DNA of 64,000 nucleotides. It comes from an uncultured Pseudomonadota bacterium. GTDB taxonomy: Bacteria > Pseudomonadota > Gammaproteobacteria > Ga0077536. Position 1 is the stretch's first letter, and the number at the start of each line of letters is the position of its first letter. The DNA lies in assembly GCA_902551695.1 (NCBI GenBank), contig CACDEI010000001.1, forward strand, positions 17,564 to 81,563, written 5' to 3'. A program made the translations under genes and the position numbers. Of this stretch, positions 56,580 to 64,000 are shown in pieces. A model generated the notes under the pieces. The model was not told the origin of the DNA. It ran no database searches and was given only the letters and a program-made list of their open reading frames with translations.

Positions 56580-56987
56580 TTGCTGGCGACAAGAGAGCAT
56601 TCTCAACAAGAGTTATTGGAGAAAATAAAAAAGCGCGGATTTGAAACGAGAGATCCCTTGCTGGCGGTGCAGGAGTTAGAGGAGCAAGGTCTTCAAAGCA
56701 ATGAACGTTTTGCCAGGGAATACACAAGGAGTAAGGTTAAGAGCGGGTATGGACCCATTCGTATCAAGAGAGGGCTTTTGGAAAAAGGCGTGGAAAAGAA
56801 AATGGCGCTCGGAAGCTTAAAAGAATTGGAAATAGATTGGTTTGAGTGTGCTAAAAGAACCTATGATAAAAAATTTGATTCTGAAATAAGAGATGTCAAG
56901 GACTATGCTCGTAGGGTTCGATTTCTGGTTTATAAAGGATTTGAAACGGTTCACGTGAAAGCGGTTATGGGTGAATGGGATAATTAA
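56580..56987 (+). CDS. recX: Regulatory protein RecX (first canonical start; conserved N-terminus appears to be encoded further upstream)
   Basis: 135 aa from TTG 56580; the upstream in-frame sequence (back to the stop at 56514-56516) encodes RPYLLKLL, matching E. coli RecX [15 protein letters not shown], but contains no ATG/GTG/TTG. Confidence 0.75.
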   Translation: MLATREHSQQELLEKIKKRGFETRDPLLAVQELEEQGLQSNERFAREYTRSKVKSGYGPIRIKRGLLEKGVEKKMALGSLKELEIDWFECAKRTYDKKFDSEIRDVKDYARRVRFLVYKGFETVHVKAVMGEWDN

Positions 56988-59614
56988 TGAAAACGGGTGA
57001 GATAAGAAATGCTTTTCTGAAGTACTTTGAAACCAAGGGTCATCATCTGGTGGATAGTAGTCCTCTGATCCCTAAAGATGACTCGACTCTGCTTTTCACG
57101 AACGCTGGAATGGTCCAATTTAAGGATTATTTTCTTGGGCAAAAGAAACCTCCATATAAACGTGCTGCGTCATCTCAAAGATGTGTTAGAGCAGGAGGAA
57201 AACACAACGATTTGGATAATGTTGGCTTTACCGCTAGGCATCATACCTTTTTTGAGATGTTAGGAAACTTCAGTTTTGGGGATTATTTCAAAGAAGAAGC
57301 AATTGACTACTCTTGGGAATTGTTAACAACTGTCTTTAAGATTCCTGAAGCTAAATTGTGGGTGACTGTTCTTGAAGGTGACGATGAATCCGCAAATATT
57401 TGGATTAAGAAAATTGGTGTGCCAAAAGAGCGCGTGATCTACTGTGGAAAGGATGATAATTTTTGGATGATGGGTGATACAGGTCCTTGTGGGCCATGTT
57501 CCGAAATATTTTTCGATCACGGGGATAAAGTAGAAGGAGGTCCGCCAGGGAGCGAAAATGCTGATGGCGACCGATTCGTAGAAATATGGAACCTCGTTTT
57601 TATGCAGTACGAAAGGTCCGTAGATGGAGTAATGACCGAAATCCCTAGACCTTGCGTCGATACTGGTATGGGGTTAGAGAGAATTGCGGCGGTTTTGCAG
57701 GGCGTCTCTAATAACTATGAGATAGATCTTTTTCAGAATCTGATATCTAGGTGTAGTCAAATATTTCCTGAAGCAATGGCTTCCGATGGTTCTCTGAAGG
57801 TGATTGCAGACCACATTCGTTCCTGTGCTTTTTTGATAGCAGATGGGGTTTCCCCCTCTAATGAGGGACGAGGGTATGTGCTTCGGAGGATTATACGTAG
57901 GGCGATAAGGCATGGGCATAAACTCGGAAAAAAGGAAGTTTTTTTTCATCGCCTCATAGACCCGTTAACTAAAGAAATGGGGGAGGCTTACAGCGTTCTT
58001 TCAGAACAGTCTGATCTGCTCAGCGAGACTCTTCGAGATGAAGAGGAACGTTTTCTGGATACTTTGGATAACGGGATGAAAATACTTCTGGAGTACATTG
58101 ATAAATCTAAGAATAAAGATATTGATGGAGAGCTAGCTTTTCAATTGTACGATACTTACGGTTTTCCTGTTGATCTTACGGCTGATGTGGCCAAAGAGTA
58201 CGATGCCGTTGTGGACATGTCAGGGTTTGATGCTGCTATGCAGCGACAGCGGAATTTGGGCAGACAGTCTCATCAATTTACTAGGAACGATTCTAAAATA
58301 GATGTTGTTATTAATAGCATAAAAGAATATTCCTATGACACCTCTTTTGTTGGATATGATTCTCTGCGCACTGATTCAACTGTTAAAAAAATTTTTGTAG
58401 ATGGAGTTGAGAAAGAAACCTTATCTCAGGATGACGAGGCTATTCTTGTTCTTGATCGAACTCCCTTCTACGCAGAAGCCGGAGGACAAGTGGGAGATAT
58501 TGGACGTATTAAAGGGGAAGAGGGTTTATTCGAGGTGCTTGATACGCAGGTGGGACAGGGCTGTTACTTGCATATTGGTAAACAAATTTCCGGATCGATG
58601 CAGTCCGGTCAAACTATCAGGGCTGAAGTAGACACTAAAACTCGAGAAAGTACTAGATCTAATCATTCTGCTACTCATTTGGTACACGCTGCTCTTAGAT
58701 CGATCTTGGGGAATTATGTGGAGCAGAAAGGCTCCTATGTTGACTCGTCTAAATTAAGATTTGATTTTAGTCATAAAAAAGCTCTTTCTGTATCTGAGTT
58801 GTCGGAAGTAGAGAGGCTAGTTAACAGCCAGATAAGAGCTAACTACCCGATAGAAACTGAAATAAAGGATTTCCAAAAAGCCCTTGAGGATGGTGCAGTA
58901 GCATTTTTTGAGGAGAAGTATTCTGATGAAGTAAGGGTGTTGACAATGGGCTCTTTTTCATCAGAGCTCTGTGGAGGTACTCACGCTTTACGAACAGGAG
59001 ATTTGGGTATCTTCAAAATTACCTCTCAAACCTCGGTAGGTTCTGGCCTCCGAAGAATCGAGGCGGTCTGTGGCGAAAATGCGGAAATCTTTATTTCTGA
59101 TAATCAAAGGAAGCTCTCGAGCATTTCGGAACTGGTAAAATCGAGTACCGACAGGTTGGAAGAAAAAATCACCGACCTGGTAAGAATGAAGGGTAAACTA
59201 GAAAAAGATATAGCCACTCTCAAAAAGAAACTTACGGGAGATGGTCAGGATGATTTGAGTAATGCGATAGAAGTGTTCGGTGAAGTAAAAGTAGTAAGTA
59301 AATTTTTACAAGATTCGAGTATGGACATATTAAGAGATAGTTGTGACCGTTTGAAAGATAAACATTCTAATATAATAGTGGTTTTGGGAACTGTTGAGGA
59401 GGATAAAGTCCGCTTGGTTGCAGGAGTTACGCGAGATTTAAGTGAAGAGATAAGTGCAGTAGAACTAATAAATTTCGTGGCCGACCAGGTGGGTGGTAAA
59501 GGCGGTGGTCGCCCAGACATGGCTCAGGCTGGAGGCTCTAAGCCTGAATATTTGGAACCCGCATTAGGAACGGTGAACGAATGGGTAAAGAGCAAACTTT
59601 GTGATGCAAAGTGA
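56987..59614 (+). CDS. alaS: Alanine--tRNA ligase
   Basis: 875 aa; ATG overlaps the recX stop (TAATG). Confidence 0.98.
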   Translation: MKTGEIRNAFLKYFETKGHHLVDSSPLIPKDDSTLLFTNAGMVQFKDYFLGQKKPPYKRAASSQRCVRAGGKHNDLDNVGFTARHHTFFEMLGNFSFGDYFKEEAIDYSWELLTTVFKIPEAKLWVTVLEGDDESANIWIKKIGVPKERVIYCGKDDNFWMMGDTGPCGPCSEIFFDHGDKVEGGPPGSENADGDRFVEIWNLVFMQYERSVDGVMTEIPRPCVDTGMGLERIAAVLQGVSNNYEIDLFQNLISRCSQIFPEAMASDGSLKVIADHIRSCAFLIADGVSPSNEGRGYVLRRIIRRAIRHGHKLGKKEVFFHRLIDPLTKEMGEAYSVLSEQSDLLSETLRDEEERFLDTLDNGMKILLEYIDKSKNKDIDGELAFQLYDTYGFPVDLTADVAKEYDAVVDMSGFDAAMQRQRNLGRQSHQFTRNDSKIDVVINSIKEYSYDTSFVGYDSLRTDSTVKKIFVDGVEKETLSQDDEAILVLDRTPFYAEAGGQVGDIGRIKGEEGLFEVLDTQVGQGCYLHIGKQISGSMQSGQTIRAEVDTKTRESTRSNHSATHLVHAALRSILGNYVEQKGSYVDSSKLRFDFSHKKALSVSELSEVERLVNSQIRANYPIETEIKDFQKALEDGAVAFFEEKYSDEVRVLTMGSFSSELCGGTHALRTGDLGIFKITSQTSVGSGLRRIEAVCGENAEIFISDNQRKLSSISELVKSSTDRLEEKITDLVRMKGKLEKDIATLKKKLTGDGQDDLSNAIEVFGEVKVVSKFLQDSSMDILRDSCDRLKDKHSNIIVVLGTVEEDKVRLVAGVTRDLSEEISAVELINFVADQVGGKGGGRPDMAQAGGSKPEYLEPALGTVNEWVKSKLCDAK

Positions 59615-59637
59615 TGCTTTTACGGAAATAAATTGAT

Positions 59638-60852
59638 ATGGCTTTAATTGTTCAAAAATACGGTGGCACCTCAGTAGGCGATATCGACAAGATACGCGCC
59701 GTCGCTGAGAAGGTGAGTACCATTGTAAAAGCGGGCAATAAAGTAATAGTTGTCGTATCCGCCATGAGCGGAGAAACCAATCGCTTGGTGAAGCTAGCAG
59801 AGAATTTCTCTGACTCAAAAGGCTGGGCTCTTGACATGCTTCTCTCGACGGGGGAACAGGTTACTATATCTCTTTTAAGTATGGCCCTACGTGAAATAGC
59901 TTGTTCGGCGACTCCCCTTTGCGGTTGGCAGGTACCAATTAAAACTGATGATAGTTATGGGAAAGCAAGAATAGAAAATATTGAAATTCAAAAGCTTGTT
60001 TCTTTGACTGAATCGGGGGTCATACCCGTGGTAGCTGGTTTTCAAGGAGTTGATGACTCAGGGGTAGTTACTACTCTTGGTAGGGGTGGATCAGATACTA
60101 CAGCCGTTGCTTTGGCCGCAGCAATGAACGCTGATGAATGTCAAATCTATACAGATGTAGATGGTGTTTATACGACAGATCCTAGAATTGTGCCCGAGGC
60201 TAGAAGGTTGGATTGCTTGACTTATGAGGAGATGCTGGAGATGGCGAGTCTAGGCGCTAAAGTACTTCAGATCCGAGCCGTTGAATTTGCTAGCAAGTAT
60301 AAAGTAAAGCTCCGTGTCTTATCGTCGTTTGAAGATGGAGATGGGACTCGAATTACCGATGAGGACAATAAAATGGAAAAGGCTATAATATCTGGGGTTG
60401 CGTTAAACAAAAATGAAGCTCAGGTTATGGTAGTTGGAGTTCCTGACAGGCCTGGAATTGCCAACGAGATTCTAGGCCCAGTAGCCCAAAAGAATATCGA
60501 GGTGGACATGATTGTACAAAACAGTGGCGCCAATGGAACTACTGATTTTACTTTTACTGTCCCGAGAGCTGATTATGAGGAGACATTGGAAATTCTTCGT
60601 CCGCTAGCAAAAAAGATGGATGCTAGTAGAGTAGAAGGTGATGATAAGATAGTGAAAATCTCGGTTATTGGAGTAGGAATGCGTTCCCATGCAGGGATCG
60701 CTAGTAGAATGTTTGCATCTCTAGCTAAAGAAAATATAAACATAAAAATGATTTCGACCTCTGAGATTAAGATCTCTGTGGTTGTTGAGGAAAGATATTC
60801 CGAACTCGGTGTTCGAGCCCTGCATGCGGAATTTGGGTTAGAATCTACTTAA
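59638..60852 (+). CDS. lysC: Aspartate kinase
   Basis: 404 aa; kinase N-terminus (KYGGTSVGD) plus two C-terminal ACT domains. Confidence 0.93.
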   Translation: MALIVQKYGGTSVGDIDKIRAVAEKVSTIVKAGNKVIVVVSAMSGETNRLVKLAENFSDSKGWALDMLLSTGEQVTISLLSMALREIACSATPLCGWQVPIKTDDSYGKARIENIEIQKLVSLTESGVIPVVAGFQGVDDSGVVTTLGRGGSDTTAVALAAAMNADECQIYTDVDGVYTTDPRIVPEARRLDCLTYEEMLEMASLGAKVLQIRAVEFASKYKVKLRVLSSFEDGDGTRITDEDNKMEKAIISGVALNKNEAQVMVVGVPDRPGIANEILGPVAQKNIEVDMIVQNSGANGTTDFTFTVPRADYEETLEILRPLAKKMDASRVEGDDKIVKISVIGVGMRSHAGIASRMFASLAKENINIKMISTSEIKISVVVEERYSELGVRALHAEFGLEST

Positions 60853-60873
60853 CACCGAGAGATTCTTATTTTG
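60840..60873 (+). terminator. Candidate intrinsic terminator of lysC (7-bp stem AGAATCT/AGATTCT, 13-nt loop, then TATTTTG)
   Basis: Inverted repeat overlapping the lysC stop codon, followed by a T-tract. Confidence 0.35.
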
Positions 60874-61061
60874 CCCGGCGAACCGTTCTAGCCTAATTAA
60901 AAGCTCCCCAGTGGATTCATTGACTATCAATCAGAGGTCAATTTTCCCCAATTTGGGCAGCATCCACTGAAGCACTGTTGACATAGACATCTAAAAAGTA
61001 GATCAGACATTTAATATGAAATTAAAAAAAGTTGTTGATACAATGAAAGTTTATCCGCAAC

Positions 61062-61153
61062 GGAGAGGTGGCCGAGTGGCTGAAGGCGCTCCCCTGCTAA
61101 GGGAGTATGCGGTTTATCCCGTATCGAGGGTTCGAATCCCTCTCTCTCCGCCA
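61062..61153 (+). tRNA. tRNA-Ser (anticodon GCU), class II with long variable arm, CCA-encoded
   Basis: GGAGAGGTGGCCGAGTGGCTGAAGGCG...CTGCTAA anticodon loop...GAGGGTTCGAATCCCTCTCTCTCCGCCA; near-identical arm sequences to E. coli tRNA-Ser. Confidence 0.93.
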
Positions 61154-61230
61154 CCTTGTATAAAAAATCTCGTGCTGGGCGTAATATTTTTATCTTTCCT
61201 CTCCTCTGTTAAATAACAAAAACCAGGCAA

Positions 61231-61263
61231 ATGTGTCACGAAAATGTGTCATAGCATGTGTCA
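61231..61263 (+). repeat. Three direct repeats of ATGTGTCA (starts 61231, 61244, 61256)
   Basis: Read directly; spacing 13 and 12 bp; 30 nt upstream of the Sel1-protein ATG and 78 nt downstream of tRNA-Ser. Confidence 0.6.
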
Positions 61264-61293
61264 AAAACCTATCTTGTTTTCTTTAAAAGAGTT

Positions 61294-61788
61294 ATGAATC
61301 GATCCACTTCAATCTTTCTTTTCAGTATTTCCGTTTTTGTTGGAAGTTCGGGAGTGTGTTGGAGTGCTGGTCCACAGAAAGGTTTTGATGCTCAGGAAAG
61401 AGGAGATTATGCGACCGCCATCAAAGAATGGACACCTCTTGCGAAACAAGGGGATGTAGTAGCTCAGTACAATCTGGGTTTGATATACGGACAAGGAAAA
61501 GGTATTCCAAAGGACTATAGGAAAGCGGTTAAGTGGTCTACCCTTGCTGCTGAACAAGGGTCGCCAATTGCTCAGACTATTTTGAGTGGTTACTACTTCG
61601 AAGGTTTTTGGGAACTTCCCATAGATTACGAGCGTGCTTATATGTGGGCAAGTATTGCCGCGATGAGTGAACATAAAGCCGGCGTAGAGTTGAGAAATGA
61701 AATTGAAAAGCAGATGAGTTTTTCCCAAATAGAAGAAGGACAGAAACTTGCCCGAGAGTGTATTGCAAAGAACTACAAGGGGTGCTGA
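61294..61788 (+). CDS. Secreted Sel1-like repeat (SLR/TPR-like) protein
   Basis: ATG at 61294 gives the signal peptide MNRSTSIFLFSISVFVGSSGVCWSA; Sel1 repeats AQYNLGLIYGQGKGIPKDYRKAVKW... Confidence 0.75.
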   Translation: MNRSTSIFLFSISVFVGSSGVCWSAGPQKGFDAQERGDYATAIKEWTPLAKQGDVVAQYNLGLIYGQGKGIPKDYRKAVKWSTLAAEQGSPIAQTILSGYYFEGFWELPIDYERAYMWASIAAMSEHKAGVELRNEIEKQMSFSQIEEGQKLARECIAKNYKGC

Positions 61789-61814
61789 CTATACTCCTTC
61801 CTGTCAATGCCCTT

Positions 61815-61828
61815 GAGACATATGTCTC
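61815..61828. other. Perfect 14-bp palindrome GAGACATATGTCTC downstream of the Sel1 gene
   Basis: Read directly; no U-tract after it. Confidence 0.5.
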
Positions 61829-62001
61829 TAGGGCTAGCGACGTCTGAAAGCTTGAAGCTAGACTCCCTCATTCAAGACGATTTTCGGTATTGTTTTGAAT
61901 AATATTCATCATCAGAACACATCGGATTTTCTCACGAATAATCGTGTCCATCAGGTCTTCCGCGATATCTTTGTCTAACCCGTTCACATTCTTTAATTGC
62001 G

Positions 62002-62166
62002 ATGCAACATTTACAGCACAATCATCGAGTAGCTGACGAACGCCCTATTATTTTTTATGACCAGCTCGGCTGTGGAAAATCAGATATTCCAGGAAACCCT
62101 TCTTTGTGGACTATAGAACGTCTCGCTATTCTCAGGTCAGAAGGATTAAAAAACTTCCAGATATGA
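62002..62166 (+). pseudogene. Remnant of an alpha/beta hydrolase (prolyl-aminopeptidase-like FDQ-GCG-S region)
   Basis: Short ORF ...RPIIFYDQLGCGKSDIPGNPSLWTIERLAIL...* matches the conserved N-terminal core of proline-iminopeptidase-type hydrolases (FDQRGCGRS...IERL) but lacks the HGGPG segment and all downstream catalytic parts. Confidence 0.45.
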
Positions 62167-62250
62167 CAACTGTGTGATAGAACTTAGCTCTCGTACCTAA
62201 ATATCAAATGTAGTCTGATGAAGAGAAATTATAATGACTAAAAGGAGATT

Positions 62251-62979
62251 ATGATGCCTATTTTCGGGCGAGGAGAGGTGTCCATTTATTACGAAGACTC
62301 TGAGGAGGATTTGCCCGCAGTTTTGCTTTTGGCGCCAGGAGGAATGAAATCTTCACTTAGATTTTGGGAAGGCACCCCTTGGGATCCGCGAGTTCATCTC
62401 AAAGGAAAATTTCGAGTCGTAGCGATGGACCAGAGAAATGCGGGTCACTCAAAAGCTCCTATATCTTCTCAGGACGGCTGGCATAGCTTTGCAACTGACC
62501 AGATCGGACTCATGGATTATTTAGATATTAAACAATTTCATGTAATAGGGATGTGTATTGGTGGTCCTTACGCATTCGGCCTGATTGAATGTGTTTCTGA
62601 CCGTGTGTTATCTGCAACCCTTTTTCAAACTATTGGACTGGATAATAATCGCGGTGTATTTTTTTCCTTGTTTGATGATTGGTCTTATAGTTTACGGTCT
62701 CAAATGCCAGAAGTTGAATCGGAGGCTTGGTCTAGTTTTAGGGAAAATATGTTTGGAGGAGACAAGGTGCTGTTCAATGTGGATGAGACATTTGTTAGTC
62801 AATGTGAGGTTCCACTTTTGGTACTCATGGGGGATGATATTTATCATCCTAAATCCACATCTCTTATGATTTCAGAAATCTCACCTCGAGTAACCTTCAT
62901 TCAAGATTGGAAGAGTGGCGAGGCACGTGAGAAAGCCAAGCAGAAGTGTTTAGAATTTTTGGAAGCAAATCATTTATAG
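62251..62979 (+). CDS. Alpha/beta hydrolase with GxCxGG (Cys) nucleophile elbow
   Basis: 242 aa; VVAMDQRNAGHS and GMCIGG motifs. Confidence 0.65.
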   Translation: MMPIFGRGEVSIYYEDSEEDLPAVLLLAPGGMKSSLRFWEGTPWDPRVHLKGKFRVVAMDQRNAGHSKAPISSQDGWHSFATDQIGLMDYLDIKQFHVIGMCIGGPYAFGLIECVSDRVLSATLFQTIGLDNNRGVFFSLFDDWSYSLRSQMPEVESEAWSSFRENMFGGDKVLFNVDETFVSQCEVPLLVLMGDDIYHPKSTSLMISEISPRVTFIQDWKSGEAREKAKQKCLEFLEANHL

Positions 62980-62989
62980 GGGGTTTTTT

Positions 62990-63379
62990 ATGGCTAAGAG
63001 TATCATTCCCGCATCTATGAGACTGTTCTATGAGGAGTTCCATTTTTCTCCAGCGGTATTAGATAAAGGTATTCTGAGATGTTCGGGTGTAATCGGCGTT
63101 GATGCTACTACTATGAAAGCGTCTGTTGACCCAGTCACACAGTTTGAGCAAGCTTTTCTTAGTCTTGGAGAAGTGCTGAAAGAGGCAGGGGGTGATTATA
63201 CGAATATATTGGAGATGACAACTTTTCATATTGGCTTGAACGAGCACCTCAAGGCTTTTATGAGTGTAAAAGATAAATATATAGAGGAACCGTACCCTGC
63301 TTGGACTGCGATTGGTGTCAGTGAGCTTGCGTTTCCGGATGCGCTTTTGGAGATTCGCGTTAATGCTCGAATAGGCTAA
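62990..63379 (+). CDS. RidA/YjgF/L-PSP family protein
   Basis: 129 aa; family-typical length and C-terminal WTAIGVSELAFPDALLEIRV. Confidence 0.6.
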   Translation: MAKSIIPASMRLFYEEFHFSPAVLDKGILRCSGVIGVDATTMKASVDPVTQFEQAFLSLGEVLKEAGGDYTNILEMTTFHIGLNEHLKAFMSVKDKYIEEPYPAWTAIGVSELAFPDALLEIRVNARIG

Positions 63380-63402
63380 CCAATATTTGAATATTGAAAA
63401 AG

Positions 63403-64000
63403 CTATCCAGAGGTTTCGATATATTTGTGTGCATGTGCTCTTTTGAAAGCGGGACGCTCAAATAAGGCTGTGGCCCAGCGTGTAATATTAGGCTTCATAG
63501 CTTGTTCTATTTTGAGTTGTTTGGCTAAAAAAATGGCATAACTTACACATATATCTGCGATAGTGAATCTATCACTGCAGAGAAATTCTCGATCGCCTAG
63601 GGAAGACTCGAGCATTTTTAGTCGAGAGACAAACCATCTTCGATAGCCTTCGGCTGCTGCGTCCGCCACCCCTGGTTCTTGTATGGTGTATCGTAAAACT
63701 ACCGTCTGAGGAAAGGTAAGTGTAGCGTCAGCATGTGTTAACCAATTTAAGTACAAATGGTAGTCCGTCTCATATGGTCGGATTGCTAAATCTGTGGGAC
63801 CATATTTTTCGACTAGATATAGACACATACCGACTGATTCAGTCATTTTTACGTGACCGTCCTCTAGGAAAGGAATCGTTCCAAGTGGATTAATATTGAG
63901 GTACTCTGGTTTTAAGACACGAGGTGGAAAAGGAAGCATGGTTACCTCATATTCCAGTTCCATTTCTTCAGCACACCAGATTGGTCTCAACCCCCTAGAA
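63403..64000 (-). CDS. Glutathione S-transferase family protein (N-terminus beyond window end)
   Basis: GST thioredoxin-like N-domain (INPLGTIPFLED) and alpha-helical C-domain; the reading frame stays open to the window edge. Confidence 0.7.
   Translation of the reverse strand, partial: SRGLRPIWCAEEMELEYEVTMLPFPPRVLKPEYLNINPLGTIPFLEDGHVKMTESVGMCLYLVEKYGPTDLAIRPYETDYHLYLNWLTHADATLTFPQTVVLRYTIQEPGVADAAAEGYRRWFVSRLKMLESSLGDREFLCSDRFTIADICVSYAIFLAKQLKIEQAMKPNITRWATALFERPAFKRAHAHKYIETSG

Noticed and set aside
61016-61216. 66-aa plus-strand ORF MKLKKVVDTMKVYPQRRGG...
   Set aside because: It spans the tRNA-Ser gene (61062-61153); translation of a tRNA sequence is spurious. I also checked whether it could be csrA (expected here by synteny); it bears no resemblance to CsrA (MLILTRR...).
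61231-61263. Possible CRISPR-like array from the ATGTGTCA repeats
   Set aside because: Repeats are only 8 bp, three copies, with 4-5 bp spacers; this is far too short for CRISPR. They are kept as possible regulatory direct repeats.
61860-62050. Minus-strand 58-codon fragment (GVRQLLDDCAVNVASQLKNVNGLDKDIAEDLMDTIIREKIRCVLMM...) as a real gene
   Set aside because: It is bounded by stops on both sides with no start or RBS, and overlaps the plus-strand hydrolase remnant. It is most likely a decayed fragment, and I could not assign a family.
63381-63396. Bidirectional terminator CAATATTTGAATATTG between convergent RidA-like and GST genes
   Set aside because: The stem is AT-only, about 5-7 bp with a 2-4 nt loop, so it is too weak to call as a terminator. 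It is noted only as a palindrome.

Overview
This 64-kb window is almost entirely conserved gammaproteobacterial core genome. It is moderately AT-rich and packed with very short or overlapping gene junctions.

Positions 1 to about 28.5 kb are one contiguous (+)-strand ribosomal/transcription superoperon:
- rplK (3' end), rplA, rplJ, rplL, rpoB, rpoC
- str operon: rpsL, rpsG, fusA, tuf
- S10 operon: rpsJ to rpsQ
- spc operon: rplN to rplO, then secY and rpmJ
- alpha operon: rpsM, rpsK, rpsD, rpoA, rplQ

Downstream genes:
- gatCAB (28.5-31.7 kb, minus strand), diverging from a cell-shape and peptidoglycan cluster (31.9-41.1 kb, plus strand).
- That cluster is mreB, mreC, mreD, mrdA (PBP2), rodA, an MltB-like lytic transglycosylase, rlpA, a dacA-type D,D-carboxypeptidase and a D-amino-acid aminotransferase.
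- yadH and yadG (ABC-2 exporter, minus strand).
- ybeD, lipB, lipA.
- xseA (minus strand) diverging from guaB and guaA.
- A block of small enzymes and hypotheticals (49.5-54.3 kb): HIT protein, SDR epimerase, SCP2-like protein, two alpha/beta hydrolases, an ACAD-like hypothetical and a pair of tiny overlapping hydrophobic ORFs.
- tadA, pncC, recA, recX, alaS, lysC.
- tRNA-Ser(GCU), followed by what looks like a small variable region: a secreted Sel1-repeat protein, gene remnants, an alpha/beta hydrolase, a RidA-family protein and a GST (partial).

No rRNA, CRISPR array, transposase or integrase was seen. I could not identify a clear novel multi-gene system such as a defence island.

The most interesting items are local oddities:
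- an A7 homopolymer joining two small membrane ORFs
- recX lacking a canonical start for its conserved N-terminus
- a near-consensus promoter plus long 5'-UTR hairpin immediately after the rpoC stop
- triple ATGTGTCA direct repeats and decayed gene fragments next to tRNA-Ser
- an AT-rich hypothetical block between guaA and tadA
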